DNA of 64,000 nucleotides from Gemmatimonadota bacterium (GTDB lineage Bacteria; Gemmatimonadota; Gemmatimonadetes; Gemmatimonadales; GWC2-71-9), in assembly GCA_027294455.1 (NCBI GenBank), contig JAPULZ010000109.1, positions 13,259 through 77,258 of the forward strand, written 5' to 3'. The notes beneath the pieces were generated by a model that saw nothing but the letters and a program-made list of their open reading frames with translations, had not been told where the DNA came from and did no database searches. Positions 10,922-19,622 of this stretch are shown here, in pieces. The translations under genes were made by a program, and so were the position numbers. Numbering within the stretch: the first letter of the stretch is position 1; each line of letters starts with the position of its first letter.

Positions 10922-11965
10922 ATGATAAGTGTAAGACATACTTTCCGTTTCGGCTGCCTCCTGGCGGCCTTGTTGCATCCGGCCGGCGCCGAGGTTTCGG
11001 CCCAAACCCGTGGGGTGGACTTCTCGTACGGCCGGTGGTGGCGGAACGGGACGGCGGCCGAGCTCTTCTCCCTCACGTATAGCCGTCCCTGGTTCGGTCC
11101 GGTGGGACTGGGCTTCAGCGGGACGTTCCTGGACGACCGGACGGCCCTCGAGGACAGGACGCAAGCCGGTGGCGAGGTGCAGCTCACGGTGGGGCGCCGG
11201 GGCGGGGGACTCTACGGCATCGGAGCGGGTGGTCTCGCCATGCGGACCGACGGCGGCAGCCTCAACGCGGTGTGGAGTGCCGGGGCGGGGTACGAATGGC
11301 GACCCCTCTCGTTTTTCTCCCTTGGGGCCGAAGCCCGGTATCGCGTCGAGAAGGACGAATGGAGCAAGGCGTTCTGGATTCACGACGCCGCCCGAGACCG
11401 GAAGGGATGGCAGTTGCAGGCCCGCATGGCCATCCACTTCGGCAGCCGCGCCCGGGCTCCGAGCCCGCGGACCCCAGGGACCATCACCACGACGCAGCCG
11501 ACGCTCGAATTCACGCCCCCGTCCGAATCCGACGTGAGCGAGATCGCCATGTCCAGCGGGGCTTCGTCATCCACGGCGGCTCTGACGGCGAGCGTCGTCC
11601 GGACGGCCATCGACGTGATGGGCACGCCGTACAAATGGGGCGGCACCAACGAGAACGGATTCGATTGCTCGGGGCTGATTCAATACGCCTACGGGGAGAA
11701 CGACATCATTTTACCCCGGGTGAGCCGGGATCAGGCCCGAACGGGCACCTTCGTCAACCCGCGAGTCGCCGACCTGCAACCGGGAGACATCCTCGGCTTC
11801 TCGGTCGAGCGGAGTTCCCGGATCACCCACGTGGGGCTGTACATCGGCGACGGGCAGTTCATCCACAGCAACTCGCGGGGCGTGTCCATCTCTAGCCTCA
11901 TTGCCACTGACCCCAACAGCCGGTGGTGGCAACACCGCTGGATCGTCGCGCGCCGCGTGCTCTGA
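10922..11965 (+). CDS. NlpC/P60 peptidoglycan endopeptidase with a signal peptide and a beta-rich N-terminal domain
   Basis: The C-terminal block GTPYKWGGTNENGFDCSGLIQYAY...GDILGF......ITHVGLYIGDGQFIHS carries the Cys/His NlpC/P60 catalytic signature. The N-terminus has a signal-like sequence (LLAALLHPAGAEVSAQ). Confidence 0.85.
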   Translation: MISVRHTFRFGCLLAALLHPAGAEVSAQTRGVDFSYGRWWRNGTAAELFSLTYSRPWFGPVGLGFSGTFLDDRTALEDRTQAGGEVQLTVGRRGGGLYGIGAGGLAMRTDGGSLNAVWSAGAGYEWRPLSFFSLGAEARYRVEKDEWSKAFWIHDAARDRKGWQLQARMAIHFGSRARAPSPRTPGTITTTQPTLEFTPPSESDVSEIAMSSGASSSTAALTASVVRTAIDVMGTPYKWGGTNENGFDCSGLIQYAYGENDIILPRVSRDQARTGTFVNPRVADLQPGDILGFSVERSSRITHVGLYIGDGQFIHSNSRGVSISSLIATDPNSRWWQHRWIVARRVL

Positions 11966-11973
11966 GGTGACAC

Positions 11974-12519
11974 TTGCCCTGGATCGAATGGATTGACGAA
12001 GCCGACGCCACCGGCCCCCTGAAAAAGAGCTTCGATCGATTCGCCACCGAACACGGCGTCGATCATATCCTGAAAATTCATTCACTCAATCCGCGATCTC
12101 TGGAGGATCACTACCGGCTGTACGCCCACCTGATGCGCGGCCCCTCGGGACTCTCTCGCGCCGAACGGGAAATGATCGCGGTCGTGGTTTCGAAAACCAA
12201 CGATTGCTTCTATTGACTGAAGCATCACGGGGCGGGACTCCGTGCGCTGCTGCAAGACGACGCCCGCGTCGCCGCCATCGAAGACGACTACACGACGGCC
12301 GACCTCTCCGCCCGCGAGCACGCCATCCTCGACTACGCTGTCAAGCTGACCCAAACGCCCTCGAAGATGCGGGAAGCCGACATCCAGCGGCTCCGGGATG
12401 CCGGTCTCGAAGACCGCGCGATCCTAGACCTATGCCAGGTGACGGGCTATTTCGCCTATGTGAATCGGATGGCGGACGGGCTTGGTGTCGAGCTGGAGAC
12501 CTACTGGAAAGAACCTTGA
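11974..12519 (+). CDS. AhpD/carboxymuconolactone-decarboxylase (CMD) family peroxidase-related protein with in-frame TGA (12214-12216), a candidate selenocysteine codon
   Basis: The ORF-track ORF 11974..12216 ends ...VVSKTNDCFY-TGA. The same frame continues LKHHGAGLRALLQDD...LSAREHAILDYAVKLTQ...DLCQVTGYFAYVNRMADGLGVE to TGA at 12517-12519, with the same G/C-rich third positions. TGA sits at the second Cys of the family C-x-x-C-x-x-x-H motif. Confidence 0.65.
12218..12254 (+). promoter_or_regulatory. SECIS-like stem-loop immediately 3' of the in-frame UGA
   Basis: Upper stem C12226-G12244, A-U, C-G, G-C, G-C, G.U, G12232-C12238 with apical loop CGGGA (12233-12237). Lower stem A12224-U12248, C-G, G-C, A-U, (A x G), G-C, U12218-A12254, with an internal loop U / CGC between the stems. 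Confidence 0.5.
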
Positions 12520-12536
12520 TGCGCACTGCGCATCAA
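12516..12536 (+). terminator. hairpin spanning the stop codon of the CMD-family gene (no U-tract)
   Basis: TTGATGCGC (12516-12524) pairs with GCGCATCAA (12528-12536) around a 3-nt loop and includes the TGA at 12517-12519. Confidence 0.3.
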
Positions 12537-12646
12537 CCAACATCTTGCTGGGGTGCGAGATCACCCGTGCTGCAGTTCGTGTCGGTGGAGCCGCACCGAT
12601 CCTACGTAGCGTCCTGCTATCCTCCAAGCCTGCACGCCCGCGCCAC

Positions 12647-12674
12647 TTGACGATCTCGACCCCCTCGCTATGAT
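12647..12674 (+). promoter_or_regulatory. sigma70-like promoter of groES-groEL, TTGACG-16 nt-TATGAT
   Basis: -35 at 12647-12652 and -10 at 12669-12674, located just upstream of the CIRCE element and about 90 nt upstream of groES. Confidence 0.55.
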
Positions 12675-12683
12675 TCGAGCTAG

Positions 12684-12710
12684 TTAGCACTCACTAACAC
12701 TGAGTGCCAA
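12684..12710 (+). promoter_or_regulatory. CIRCE (HrcA operator) inverted repeat
   Basis: TTAGCACTC-N9-GAGTGCCAA versus consensus TTAGCACTC-N9-GAGTGCTAA (one mismatch), in the groES leader. Confidence 0.85.
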
Positions 12711-12765
12711 CACCATCCAAGTTAGTGCTACCAAACGCTTTCCAGAATCACGGAGGTGCGAAGTC

Positions 12766-13083
12766 ATGGCCACTGGGTCGAAGTCGAAGAAGAAGGTTGC
12801 GGTTCAGCCACTCAGCGATCGAGTCGTGGTTCGGCCGTTGGAAGAGGCCGAGCAAATGCGAGGGGGCCTGTACATCCCCGACACGGCCAAAGAGAAGCCC
12901 CAGGAGGGCGAGATCGTGGCGGTGGGTCCGGGTCGGTTCGAGAAGGGTGAGCGGGTGCCCATGGAGTTGAGCGTGGGGCAGACCGTGCTGTACGGCAAGT
13001 ACAGCGGCACAGAAGTCACGCTCGACAACGAGCCATATCTCATCATCAAGGAATCTGACGTCCTCGCCGTCATGGGCGGGTGA
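12766..13083 (+). CDS. groES: co-chaperonin GroES
   Basis: 105 aa. PLSDRVVVRPLEE.E....GLYIPDTAKEKPQEGEIVAVGPG...LYGKYSGTEV is the canonical Cpn10 pattern. Confidence 0.97.
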   Translation: MATGSKSKKKVAVQPLSDRVVVRPLEEAEQMRGGLYIPDTAKEKPQEGEIVAVGPGRFEKGERVPMELSVGQTVLYGKYSGTEVTLDNEPYLIIKESDVLAVMGG

Positions 13084-13105
13084 ACGCAATTAGGGAGACT
13101 GATCA

Positions 13106-14743
13106 ATGGGAACAGCGAAAGAACTGCATTTCGACGTCGAGGCCCGCGCGCAGCTGCAGAAGGGTGTCGATCAGCTCGCAAATGCCGTGAGGGTGACGCT
13201 CGGGCCCAAGGGCCGGAACGTCGTGATCGACAAGAAGTTCGGTAGCCCGACGATCACCAAGGATGGCGTGACCGTCGCCAAGGAAGTGGAACTGCCCGAC
13301 CCCGTCCAGAACATGGGCGCCCAGATGGTGAAGGAGGTCGCGACCAAGACGTCCGACGTGGCCGGCGACGGCACGACGACGGCGACGGTGCTCGCTCAGG
13401 CCATCTTCCGCGAGGGTCTCAAGAGTGTCACCGCCGGGGTCAATCCGATGGCCATCAAGCGCGGCATCGACAAGGCAGTCGCGGTCGTGGTGGGCGAGCT
13501 GAAGAAGCTGTCCCAGACCACGGCCGGCAAGAAGGAGATCGCTCAGGTTGCGTCGGTCTCGGCCAACAACGACTCGGAAATCGGCGACCTCATCGCCCAG
13601 GCGATGGAACGGGTCGGCAAGGACGGTGTCATCACGGTCGAGGAGGCCAAGGGTCTCGAGACCGAGCTGGAGACGGTCGACGGGATGCAGTTCGACCGCG
13701 GCTACCTCTCGCCCTATTTCGTGACCGACTCCGAGAAGATGGAGGCCGCGTTGGAAGAGGCCTATATCCTCATTCACGATAAGAAAATCTCCGCGATGAA
13801 GGACCTGCTTCCGATCCTGGAGAAGGTCGCGCAGACCGCCAAACCGTTGCTGGTGATCGCGGAAGACGTCGAGGGTGAAGCCCTGGCGACCATCGTCGTG
13901 AACAAGCTGCGCGGGACTCTCAAGATCTGCGCGGTCAAGGCTCCGGGCTTCGGCGATCGGCGGAAGGCCATGTTGCAGGACATCGCGGTCCTGACCGGCG
14001 GCCAGGTGATCAGCGAGGAAGTCGGCTTCAAGCTGGAGAACGCGGTGCTCAGCGACCTGGGCCAAGCCAAGCGCATCGTGGTGGACAAGGACGATACCAC
14101 GATCGTCGATGGCGGCGGCAAGGAGAAAGACATCCAGGGCCGCATCGGCGAGATCAAGGCCGCGGTGGACAAGAGCACGTCCGACTACGACCGCGAGAAG
14201 TTGCAGGAGCGACTGGCCAAGCTGGCAGGTGGCGTGGCGGTGATCAACGTCGGTGCCGCCACGGAAACGGAAATGAAGGAAAAGAAGGCCCGGGTCGAGG
14301 ATGCGTTGCACGCCACACGGGCGGCTGTCGAAGAGGGCATCGTACCCGGCGGTGGTGTCGCGTTCCTTCGGGCGCAAAAGGCTGTGCAGAAGGTCAAGGT
14401 CGACGACCACGATGAGCAGATCGGTTTCAACATCGTGCGGCGTGCCCTCGAGGAGCCCATCCGGGTGATCGCGGACAACGCCGGTGTTGAGGGCTCGATC
14501 GTCGTCGAGCACGTCCGCAACGCGAAGGACCAGAACGAAGGCTACAACGCGCTGACGGATGTGTATGAAGATCTGGTGAAGGCGGGCGTGATCGACCCGA
14601 CCAAGGTGGTCCGGACCGCGCTGCAAAATGCGGCTTCGGTCGCCGGCTTGATTCTCACCACCGAGGTCGTGGTGGTCGAGCAGAAGGAAGATGAGCCAGC
14701 CATGCCTGGGCCAGGCGCGGGTGGCATGCCGGGTATGTACTAG
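13106..14743 (+). CDS. groEL: chaperonin GroEL
   Basis: 545 aa. [41 protein letters not shown], and a C-terminal GGMPGMY tail. Confidence 0.98.
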   Translation: MGTAKELHFDVEARAQLQKGVDQLANAVRVTLGPKGRNVVIDKKFGSPTITKDGVTVAKEVELPDPVQNMGAQMVKEVATKTSDVAGDGTTTATVLAQAIFREGLKSVTAGVNPMAIKRGIDKAVAVVVGELKKLSQTTAGKKEIAQVASVSANNDSEIGDLIAQAMERVGKDGVITVEEAKGLETELETVDGMQFDRGYLSPYFVTDSEKMEAALEEAYILIHDKKISAMKDLLPILEKVAQTAKPLLVIAEDVEGEALATIVVNKLRGTLKICAVKAPGFGDRRKAMLQDIAVLTGGQVISEEVGFKLENAVLSDLGQAKRIVVDKDDTTIVDGGGKEKDIQGRIGEIKAAVDKSTSDYDREKLQERLAKLAGGVAVINVGAATETEMKEKKARVEDALHATRAAVEEGIVPGGGVAFLRAQKAVQKVKVDDHDEQIGFNIVRRALEEPIRVIADNAGVEGSIVVEHVRNAKDQNEGYNALTDVYEDLVKAGVIDPTKVVRTALQNAASVAGLILTTEVVVVEQKEDEPAMPGPGAGGMPGMY

Positions 14744-14762
14744 GTCGTACCGGTCAGCGGAA

Positions 14763-14799
14763 GAAAGCCCCGGAGGTTTCCTCCCGGGGCTTTCTTCTT
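14763..14799 (+). terminator. rho-independent terminator after groEL
   Basis: 14-bp stem GAAAGCCCCGGAGG / CCTCCCGGGGCTTTC (one bulged C), UUU loop, trailing TTCTT. Confidence 0.8.
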
Positions 14800-14938
14800 G
14801 CCTTCTCGGGGGAACTGTGGCCTGCGAGCGACGGCACCCTACATGGTGTCAGTCTCAGTGAAAAATAGGATTCTAAATCCAATCGCCAGGACACGATACA
14901 GAGTGGCGCGCTTGCCGGCGAAACGGTAAATTCTGGAC

Positions 14939-15325
14939 ATGCGATGGACAAATCTGGCCACCTGCGTCCTGGTCGGGGCCGTGTTTCCGCTTGCCGGGGC
15001 CGCCCAGTCGAGCATGCCAGACCTGAGCGGCACCTGGCGCGCTGAAACTCCCGATGGCCCGCAAGAAGTGGTCGTTCGCGCCGACTCGTCGGCGTCGTTC
15101 GGTGATGACATCGTGCGGTGGCGGATCGAGGGCGATTCCCTGCATCTGGCCCTCGGGGACGAGTGGATGGTTTACAAGTTCGAACTGCGCCGTAACACCT
15201 TGACGTTGTCGGGGGGCGATCTCGAAGAACCCCTTGCCCTGAAACGCGTCGGCCCGGCAACACCGAGGCCCGCAGGCGTGGAAGTGCCACCAGCGCCGCC
15301 TCCCGACCGTCGCGCAACGCTCTGA
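14939..15325 (+). CDS. hypothetical small secreted protein
   Basis: 128 aa with an N-terminal signal-like sequence (LATCVLVGAVFPLAGAAQS) and a Pro-rich C-terminus. Lies 4 nt upstream of the next ORF. No family recognised. Confidence 0.55.
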   Translation: MRWTNLATCVLVGAVFPLAGAAQSSMPDLSGTWRAETPDGPQEVVVRADSSASFGDDIVRWRIEGDSLHLALGDEWMVYKFELRRNTLTLSGGDLEEPLALKRVGPATPRPAGVEVPPAPPPDRRATL

Positions 15326-15329
15326 CGCC

Positions 15330-17645
15330 TTGGGATCGGCTGACGACGCCAACCCGCCGGGGCCACGACCCGGGAACACCACCCCAGGCAAAGCGGAATC
15401 CGTCCTGTCCCGCGAGCTGGCCGATTTCTTGATCGAACTGTCGATCGCCATTCACAAGCACGCCATGTACCCCGAAGGGCACCCATCGTTGGTGCCTTCC
15501 GCGGTCACCGTGAACGACCGGGCGAACCAGTTACTGGCGCAACACGGGTCACTCTCGCTGGGTGTGGCGCGGGCGCAACTCGTCATCGAGGGGGTCGCCA
15601 CCGACCCGAACAATCCGGTCTTGAGCGACCTGGCGCGCCGCCTCCACCGCCACCATCTGGGCGCCATCACGATCAACGCGGGTGTCACGCCGAGGGAAAT
15701 CCAGGAGTTTCTCTCGCTCGTGGCCGTGGACCCCGAACGCGGGTCCGGGCCACTGGGGTTGGGATCGGCCGAGAAGCGCCAACAGCAGCCGCACATCCAA
15801 CTGTACCCCGTGGCCTACGATCGTCTCCACCTCGTCGGAGACGACTCGGAGGACGACGGGAGTCGCGAGGAGCGGACCCGATTCGCCCAGCTGTGGATCG
15901 GGCTGGCGAGAGCGGCGATCTCTGCCGCCGACGATGGGCAGACCGAGGAAAGCGACAAGCCGGACGATCACGATCCCGCGATGGTCGCCAAGGCCATCTC
16001 CGAACACGGAGCGGAGGGTGGGGCCTACGATCAGGTCATCGTCGGATATCTGTTGCAGATTGCCGACGAGTTGAAGACCGGCGGGGGATCGGATGCCCTC
16101 GCGCTCAAGAGGCGCATCGGCAAGATGGTGTCCGCGTTGGACGGCGCCACACTCGGACGGCTGGTCGAGATGGGAGGAGATGGCCAGCAGCGTCGCCGGT
16201 TTCTCATGAACGCTGCAAACGGCATGGATGTCGATGCGGTGCTCAAGTTGATCGAGGCGGCCACGAGCACGGAGGAAGACTCGATCTCCGACCGCATGCT
16301 GCGCATGCTACGGAAGATGGCGCGCCACGCGCACGGCGGCGGCGGATACGAAAAATTGGCCGAGCAGAGCGTGCGTGAGCAGATGGGTGATTTGATTGCG
16401 GGGTGGACCCTCAAGGATCCCAATCCAGACTCGTACACCAGCGCGCTGGAGGCCATGGCATCCGCGGAGGCGGTCTTCCAAACCTCCCCGGAACAGGTGC
16501 ATCACGCCGAGGCCAAACGCATCATGCAAATGGCCCTGGAGATCGATGTGACCGGCAAGACGGTGGAGAACGCCTTGCACAACCTGCTCGACAGCGACGA
16601 CGCCAAGTGGCTCCTGAATACCGTCGCCACGGCCGGCGCGAGCGCGGTGCTGGATGCCGCCAAGGACCAGATCAAACCGCAAGAACTGATCAACGTACTG
16701 CAGCGCGACAGGCTGAATCCGGAGTTGCTCTACGGCCTCAAGCGACTGATCGGCACCGAGGCGGCCACGCCGATGCTCGAAGCATTGATCTCGTCGGAAT
16801 CGGCGTCGACCCGTGCGGTGCTGCTGGACCACCTCGTCGAGATGGGCGCGGTGGTGGGGCCCGTGGCGATGATGCATTTGAGCGACCCCCGATGGTACGT
16901 CCAGCGGAACATGCTCTGCATCATTGGTGAGTTGCCGGAGATGCCCGACGGGTTCAAACCCGATGACTTCCTCCAGCATGAGGATCCCAGGGTGCGCCGC
17001 GAAACGCTCCGCATCATGTTCAAGTGGCCGATGACGCGTGAGCGAGGCATCGGGCACGCCCTGGCGGACCCCGACGAAGGCCTCGTCCGCCTGGCGTTGG
17101 GAGCCGCGGCCGAGCGTTGCCCCAAGGCCGCGGTGCCCCTGGTGGTCTCCCGGGCATCCTCCGGTGCCATCGACACTCGACTCGCGGCGATCCGTGTCCT
17201 GGGCTCCGTCGACGACAGCAGCGCCTTGCAGGCGTTGCTGCACATGACGGCGCCGATACGCAAGTTGTTCCGCTGGAAGCATCCGAAGAAAACCCGGGTC
17301 TACATCGCGGCCCTCAAGGCGCTCAGCCAGCATGCCGACAAGCCGCCGGTCCGAAACGTCCTCAGGCTGGCGTCGCGTCGCCGTGACCGGCACATCGCCG
17401 CGGCCGTCCAAGGTCTCGTGCTCGAGGAGGAGATCGCACCGGCCCAGCCCAGCGAGAACGGCGACGCTGCAGAGACCGAGACCCCGCCGGCAATGGAAAA
17501 AACCGAGACGGAACCATCCGCGGACGAAGCAGCGAGCGAGCCCATCGCAGCGGAAACCGAGAGCGAACCGACCGCGGCGGGAAGCGAGAGTGCGACGGCC
17601 GCGGAGGATCCGGACGACACCCCAGAGAAAAAAGAACTCGAATGA
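15330..17645 (+). CDS. HEAT-repeat protein with an N-terminal module shared with the downstream HD-GYP protein; start uncertain (TTG 15330)
   Basis: 771 aa. HEAT-like repeats near the C-terminus (DPRWYVQRNMLCIIGEL, HEDPRVRRETLRIM, DPDEGLVRLALGAA, DTRLAAIRVLGSV) and an acidic low-complexity tail. Its stop overlaps the next ATG (ATGA). Confidence 0.7.
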   Translation: MGSADDANPPGPRPGNTTPGKAESVLSRELADFLIELSIAIHKHAMYPEGHPSLVPSAVTVNDRANQLLAQHGSLSLGVARAQLVIEGVATDPNNPVLSDLARRLHRHHLGAITINAGVTPREIQEFLSLVAVDPERGSGPLGLGSAEKRQQQPHIQLYPVAYDRLHLVGDDSEDDGSREERTRFAQLWIGLARAAISAADDGQTEESDKPDDHDPAMVAKAISEHGAEGGAYDQVIVGYLLQIADELKTGGGSDALALKRRIGKMVSALDGATLGRLVEMGGDGQQRRRFLMNAANGMDVDAVLKLIEAATSTEEDSISDRMLRMLRKMARHAHGGGGYEKLAEQSVREQMGDLIAGWTLKDPNPDSYTSALEAMASAEAVFQTSPEQVHHAEAKRIMQMALEIDVTGKTVENALHNLLDSDDAKWLLNTVATAGASAVLDAAKDQIKPQELINVLQRDRLNPELLYGLKRLIGTEAATPMLEALISSESASTRAVLLDHLVEMGAVVGPVAMMHLSDPRWYVQRNMLCIIGELPEMPDGFKPDDFLQHEDPRVRRETLRIMFKWPMTRERGIGHALADPDEGLVRLALGAAAERCPKAAVPLVVSRASSGAIDTRLAAIRVLGSVDDSSALQALLHMTAPIRKLFRWKHPKKTRVYIAALKALSQHADKPPVRNVLRLASRRRDRHIAAAVQGLVLEEEIAPAQPSENGDAAETETPPAMEKTETEPSADEAASEPIAAETESEPTAAGSESATAAEDPDDTPEKKELE

Positions 17646-18874
17646 GTGCGCCCGTCGCGTTTCTGCACACATTCGTCCAGTCCTTGTCGACGCTCGCCTT
17701 GTACCCACCCGGCCACGCATCGCGCGAGCGCTCCCTCGAAGGCCTGCATCTGAGTCTCCACGATCTGCTGGATTCCGACCCGCACCCCTTGTTCTCGTTC
17801 CTGGGCAACGAAGTGGTGTACGGCCGGCGCCCGTTGCACGAGCTGCGCGACTGGGAGTGGGGCAGCCGGCTGTCCGACGTCGGCATCCAGCGCCTCGAAT
17901 TCGACGCCAAGACAGCCATCACCACCGTGGAACTCGAGGCGTTCTTGGAGGAAATGCTCGACCGACTGAACATGCGACCGGCCGATTCCAGTGAAGCGCG
18001 GCAAACCCGGGAGACCGGGATCAAGTACGGTGCGATCGGTGTCGGTGACGAAACAGAAGAACAAGCACAGGTCGTCACCGCTACCATCGCATTCACGCTC
18101 GGCGAGGAAGCCGAGACCATTCGCTGGATGCACGACGAACTGGAGGGCGGCCAATCCTTGCCGCTGAGCGAAGCCGAGGCGGTCGTGCGCTCGCTGGCCA
18201 TGGCGATGCATGGGGGGAGCGTGACGATGGTCCCGCTGCTCAGGCTGCGAGAGTTCGACGAGTACACCACCACGCATTCGTTGAACGTGAGCGTCATGAC
18301 GATGGCGTTGGCCGAATGGGTGGGATTGGGAGCCGAGGACGTCCGGCAGTTCGGCATGGCGGGGCTCATGCACGACCTCGGCAAGGTCAAGATCCCCAAA
18401 GACCTGCTCAACAAGCCCGGCCGCTTCGACGAAGCCGAACGCAAGATCATGAACTCACATCCCGTGGAAGGCGCCCGTATCATCCTCGCCACGGAACACC
18501 ACCTCGACCTCGCCGCGGTGGTGGCGTACGAGCACCACATCCTGATCAACGGGGGCGGGTACCCGACGCTCAAGTACCCGAGGGATTGTCACTATGCCAG
18601 CAAGCTGGTGCACATCTGCGACGTCTACGACGCGCTACGCACGAAGCGCCCGTATCGCGATTCCTGGCCCGCGCCGAAGGTTCTCGCCTACATCGAAGAG
18701 AAGGCCGGGACCGAGTTCGACGGGAAGATCGCGCACGAGTTCACCACGATGATTCGGAAGTGGGAACCGCAGATCGCCGTGATGAATGAAGACGAAGAGT
18801 TGCCGGCCCCGGTGGCTACTCCGCAATCCCCAGCTCCAGTTGGCCCGGCTCCTGCCCAACCTGAATCGGGTTGA
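17642..18874 (+). CDS. HD-GYP domain phosphodiesterase
   Basis: 410 aa. HSLNVSV...GLMHDLGKVKIP...HPVEGARI...YEHHILINGGGYP...ICDVYDALRTKRPYR is a complete HD-GYP signature. Confidence 0.9.
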   Translation: MSAPVAFLHTFVQSLSTLALYPPGHASRERSLEGLHLSLHDLLDSDPHPLFSFLGNEVVYGRRPLHELRDWEWGSRLSDVGIQRLEFDAKTAITTVELEAFLEEMLDRLNMRPADSSEARQTRETGIKYGAIGVGDETEEQAQVVTATIAFTLGEEAETIRWMHDELEGGQSLPLSEAEAVVRSLAMAMHGGSVTMVPLLRLREFDEYTTTHSLNVSVMTMALAEWVGLGAEDVRQFGMAGLMHDLGKVKIPKDLLNKPGRFDEAERKIMNSHPVEGARIILATEHHLDLAAVVAYEHHILINGGGYPTLKYPRDCHYASKLVHICDVYDALRTKRPYRDSWPAPKVLAYIEEKAGTEFDGKIAHEFTTMIRKWEPQIAVMNEDEELPAPVATPQSPAPVGPAPAQPESG

Positions 18875-19622
18875 GCGGAGTGTCCTGAGACGCGACCAAC
18901 AATCTTCCCCGAAAACGGCGGGCGGCGAGTGCCCGTTCCACGAGCGAGCGGGCGAGATCGGCCCGATTGCAGCGGTCGCTGAGATGCACGAGGACGACCA
19001 CTGCCATCTGCCGGTGGCACAGCTCAGAAAGCAGCTCCGCCGCCGCCCGGTTGGAGAGGTGGCCCCCCGCGCCGGCGATGCGATCCCGCACCATCGGCGG
19101 ATACGGGCCGGTGCGCAACATCACCTCGTCATGGTTTGCTTCCAACAGCAGTGTGGTGACGTCGCGCAAGAGATACCGGACCGCGGCGGTGGGCCGCCCC
19201 AGGTCGAGCGCCACCCCCAGCTTCGCTCCGTTGCTGCCGACGACGAACGCCATCGGCTCGGCGGCGTCGTGGCTCGTGCGACATGCGGTGACCGTGAACG
19301 GACCCACCGACACGGTCTTGTGGGCGTACACGCGGTGGCGCACCGTGCCGGCGAGCTCGTGGGCCAGGGCGGTGAGGGTGCCGTGGGACGCGTAGACGGG
19401 ACACCCCATCTTGCGCGCGAGCCGGCCGGCCCCGCGGGCATGGTCGCCGTGCTCGTGGGTCAACACGATGCCGACGAGTTTGGTGAGATCGACCCCGACC
19501 TTGCGCGCCCGCTGCGCCAAGGTTTTGGGCCCGAAGCCGGCGTCGATGAGCATCCAGCACCCGGCCGACGACACGGCGAAGGCATTGCCGCGGCTGCCGG
19601 ATCCCAGCACGACGAGCTTCAT
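18816..19622 (-). CDS. MBL-fold metallo-hydrolase
   Basis: 268 aa. MKLVVLGSGSRGNA....LIDAGFG...VLTHEHGDHARG (HxHxDH motif). Confidence 0.85.
   Translation of the reverse strand: MKLVVLGSGSRGNAFAVSSAGCWMLIDAGFGPKTLAQRARKVGVDLTKLVGIVLTHEHGDHARGAGRLARKMGCPVYASHGTLTALAHELAGTVRHRVYAHKTVSVGPFTVTACRTSHDAAEPMAFVVGSNGAKLGVALDLGRPTAAVRYLLRDVTTLLLEANHDEVMLRTGPYPPMVRDRIAGAGGHLSNRAAAELLSELCHRQMAVVVLVHLSDRCNRADLARSLVERALAARRFRGRLLVASQDTPLNPIQVGQEPGQLELGIAE

Noticed and set aside
11974-12216. Reading the 80-aa ORF 11974..12216 as a truncated pseudogene, with ORF 12204..12650 as a separate gene.
   Set aside because: The sequence after the TGA continues the same protein family in the same frame with coding-like codon bias. 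The TGA falls on the redox Cys position, and a hairpin and a tRNA(UCA) are present. A pseudogene cannot be fully excluded without the checks listed in the finding. ORF 12204..12650 is in another frame and translates to Arg/Pro-rich junk.
13103-14626. Very long antisense or alternative-frame ORFs opposite or overlapping well-supported genes. Examples are 87..1223(-), 13103..14626(-) opposite groEL, 22371..24185(-) opposite serS, 37090..38778(-) opposite infB, 42328..43770(-) opposite secD and 55625..57049(-) opposite rpoN.
   Set aside because: Stop codons are rare in off-frames of GC-rich DNA. The translations are Arg/Gly/Pro/His-rich low-complexity strings with no family resemblance, and the opposite strand encodes unmistakable conserved proteins.
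18816-18874. A 59-bp convergent overlap between the 3' ends of the HD-GYP gene (+) and the MBL hydrolase gene (-).
   Set aside because: Both C-terminal tails are Pro/Ala/Gln-rich and unconserved-looking. In GC-rich DNA, stop codons are easily delayed, so this is most likely a harmless tail overlap and not a regulatory feature. I see no structure or motif in the overlap.
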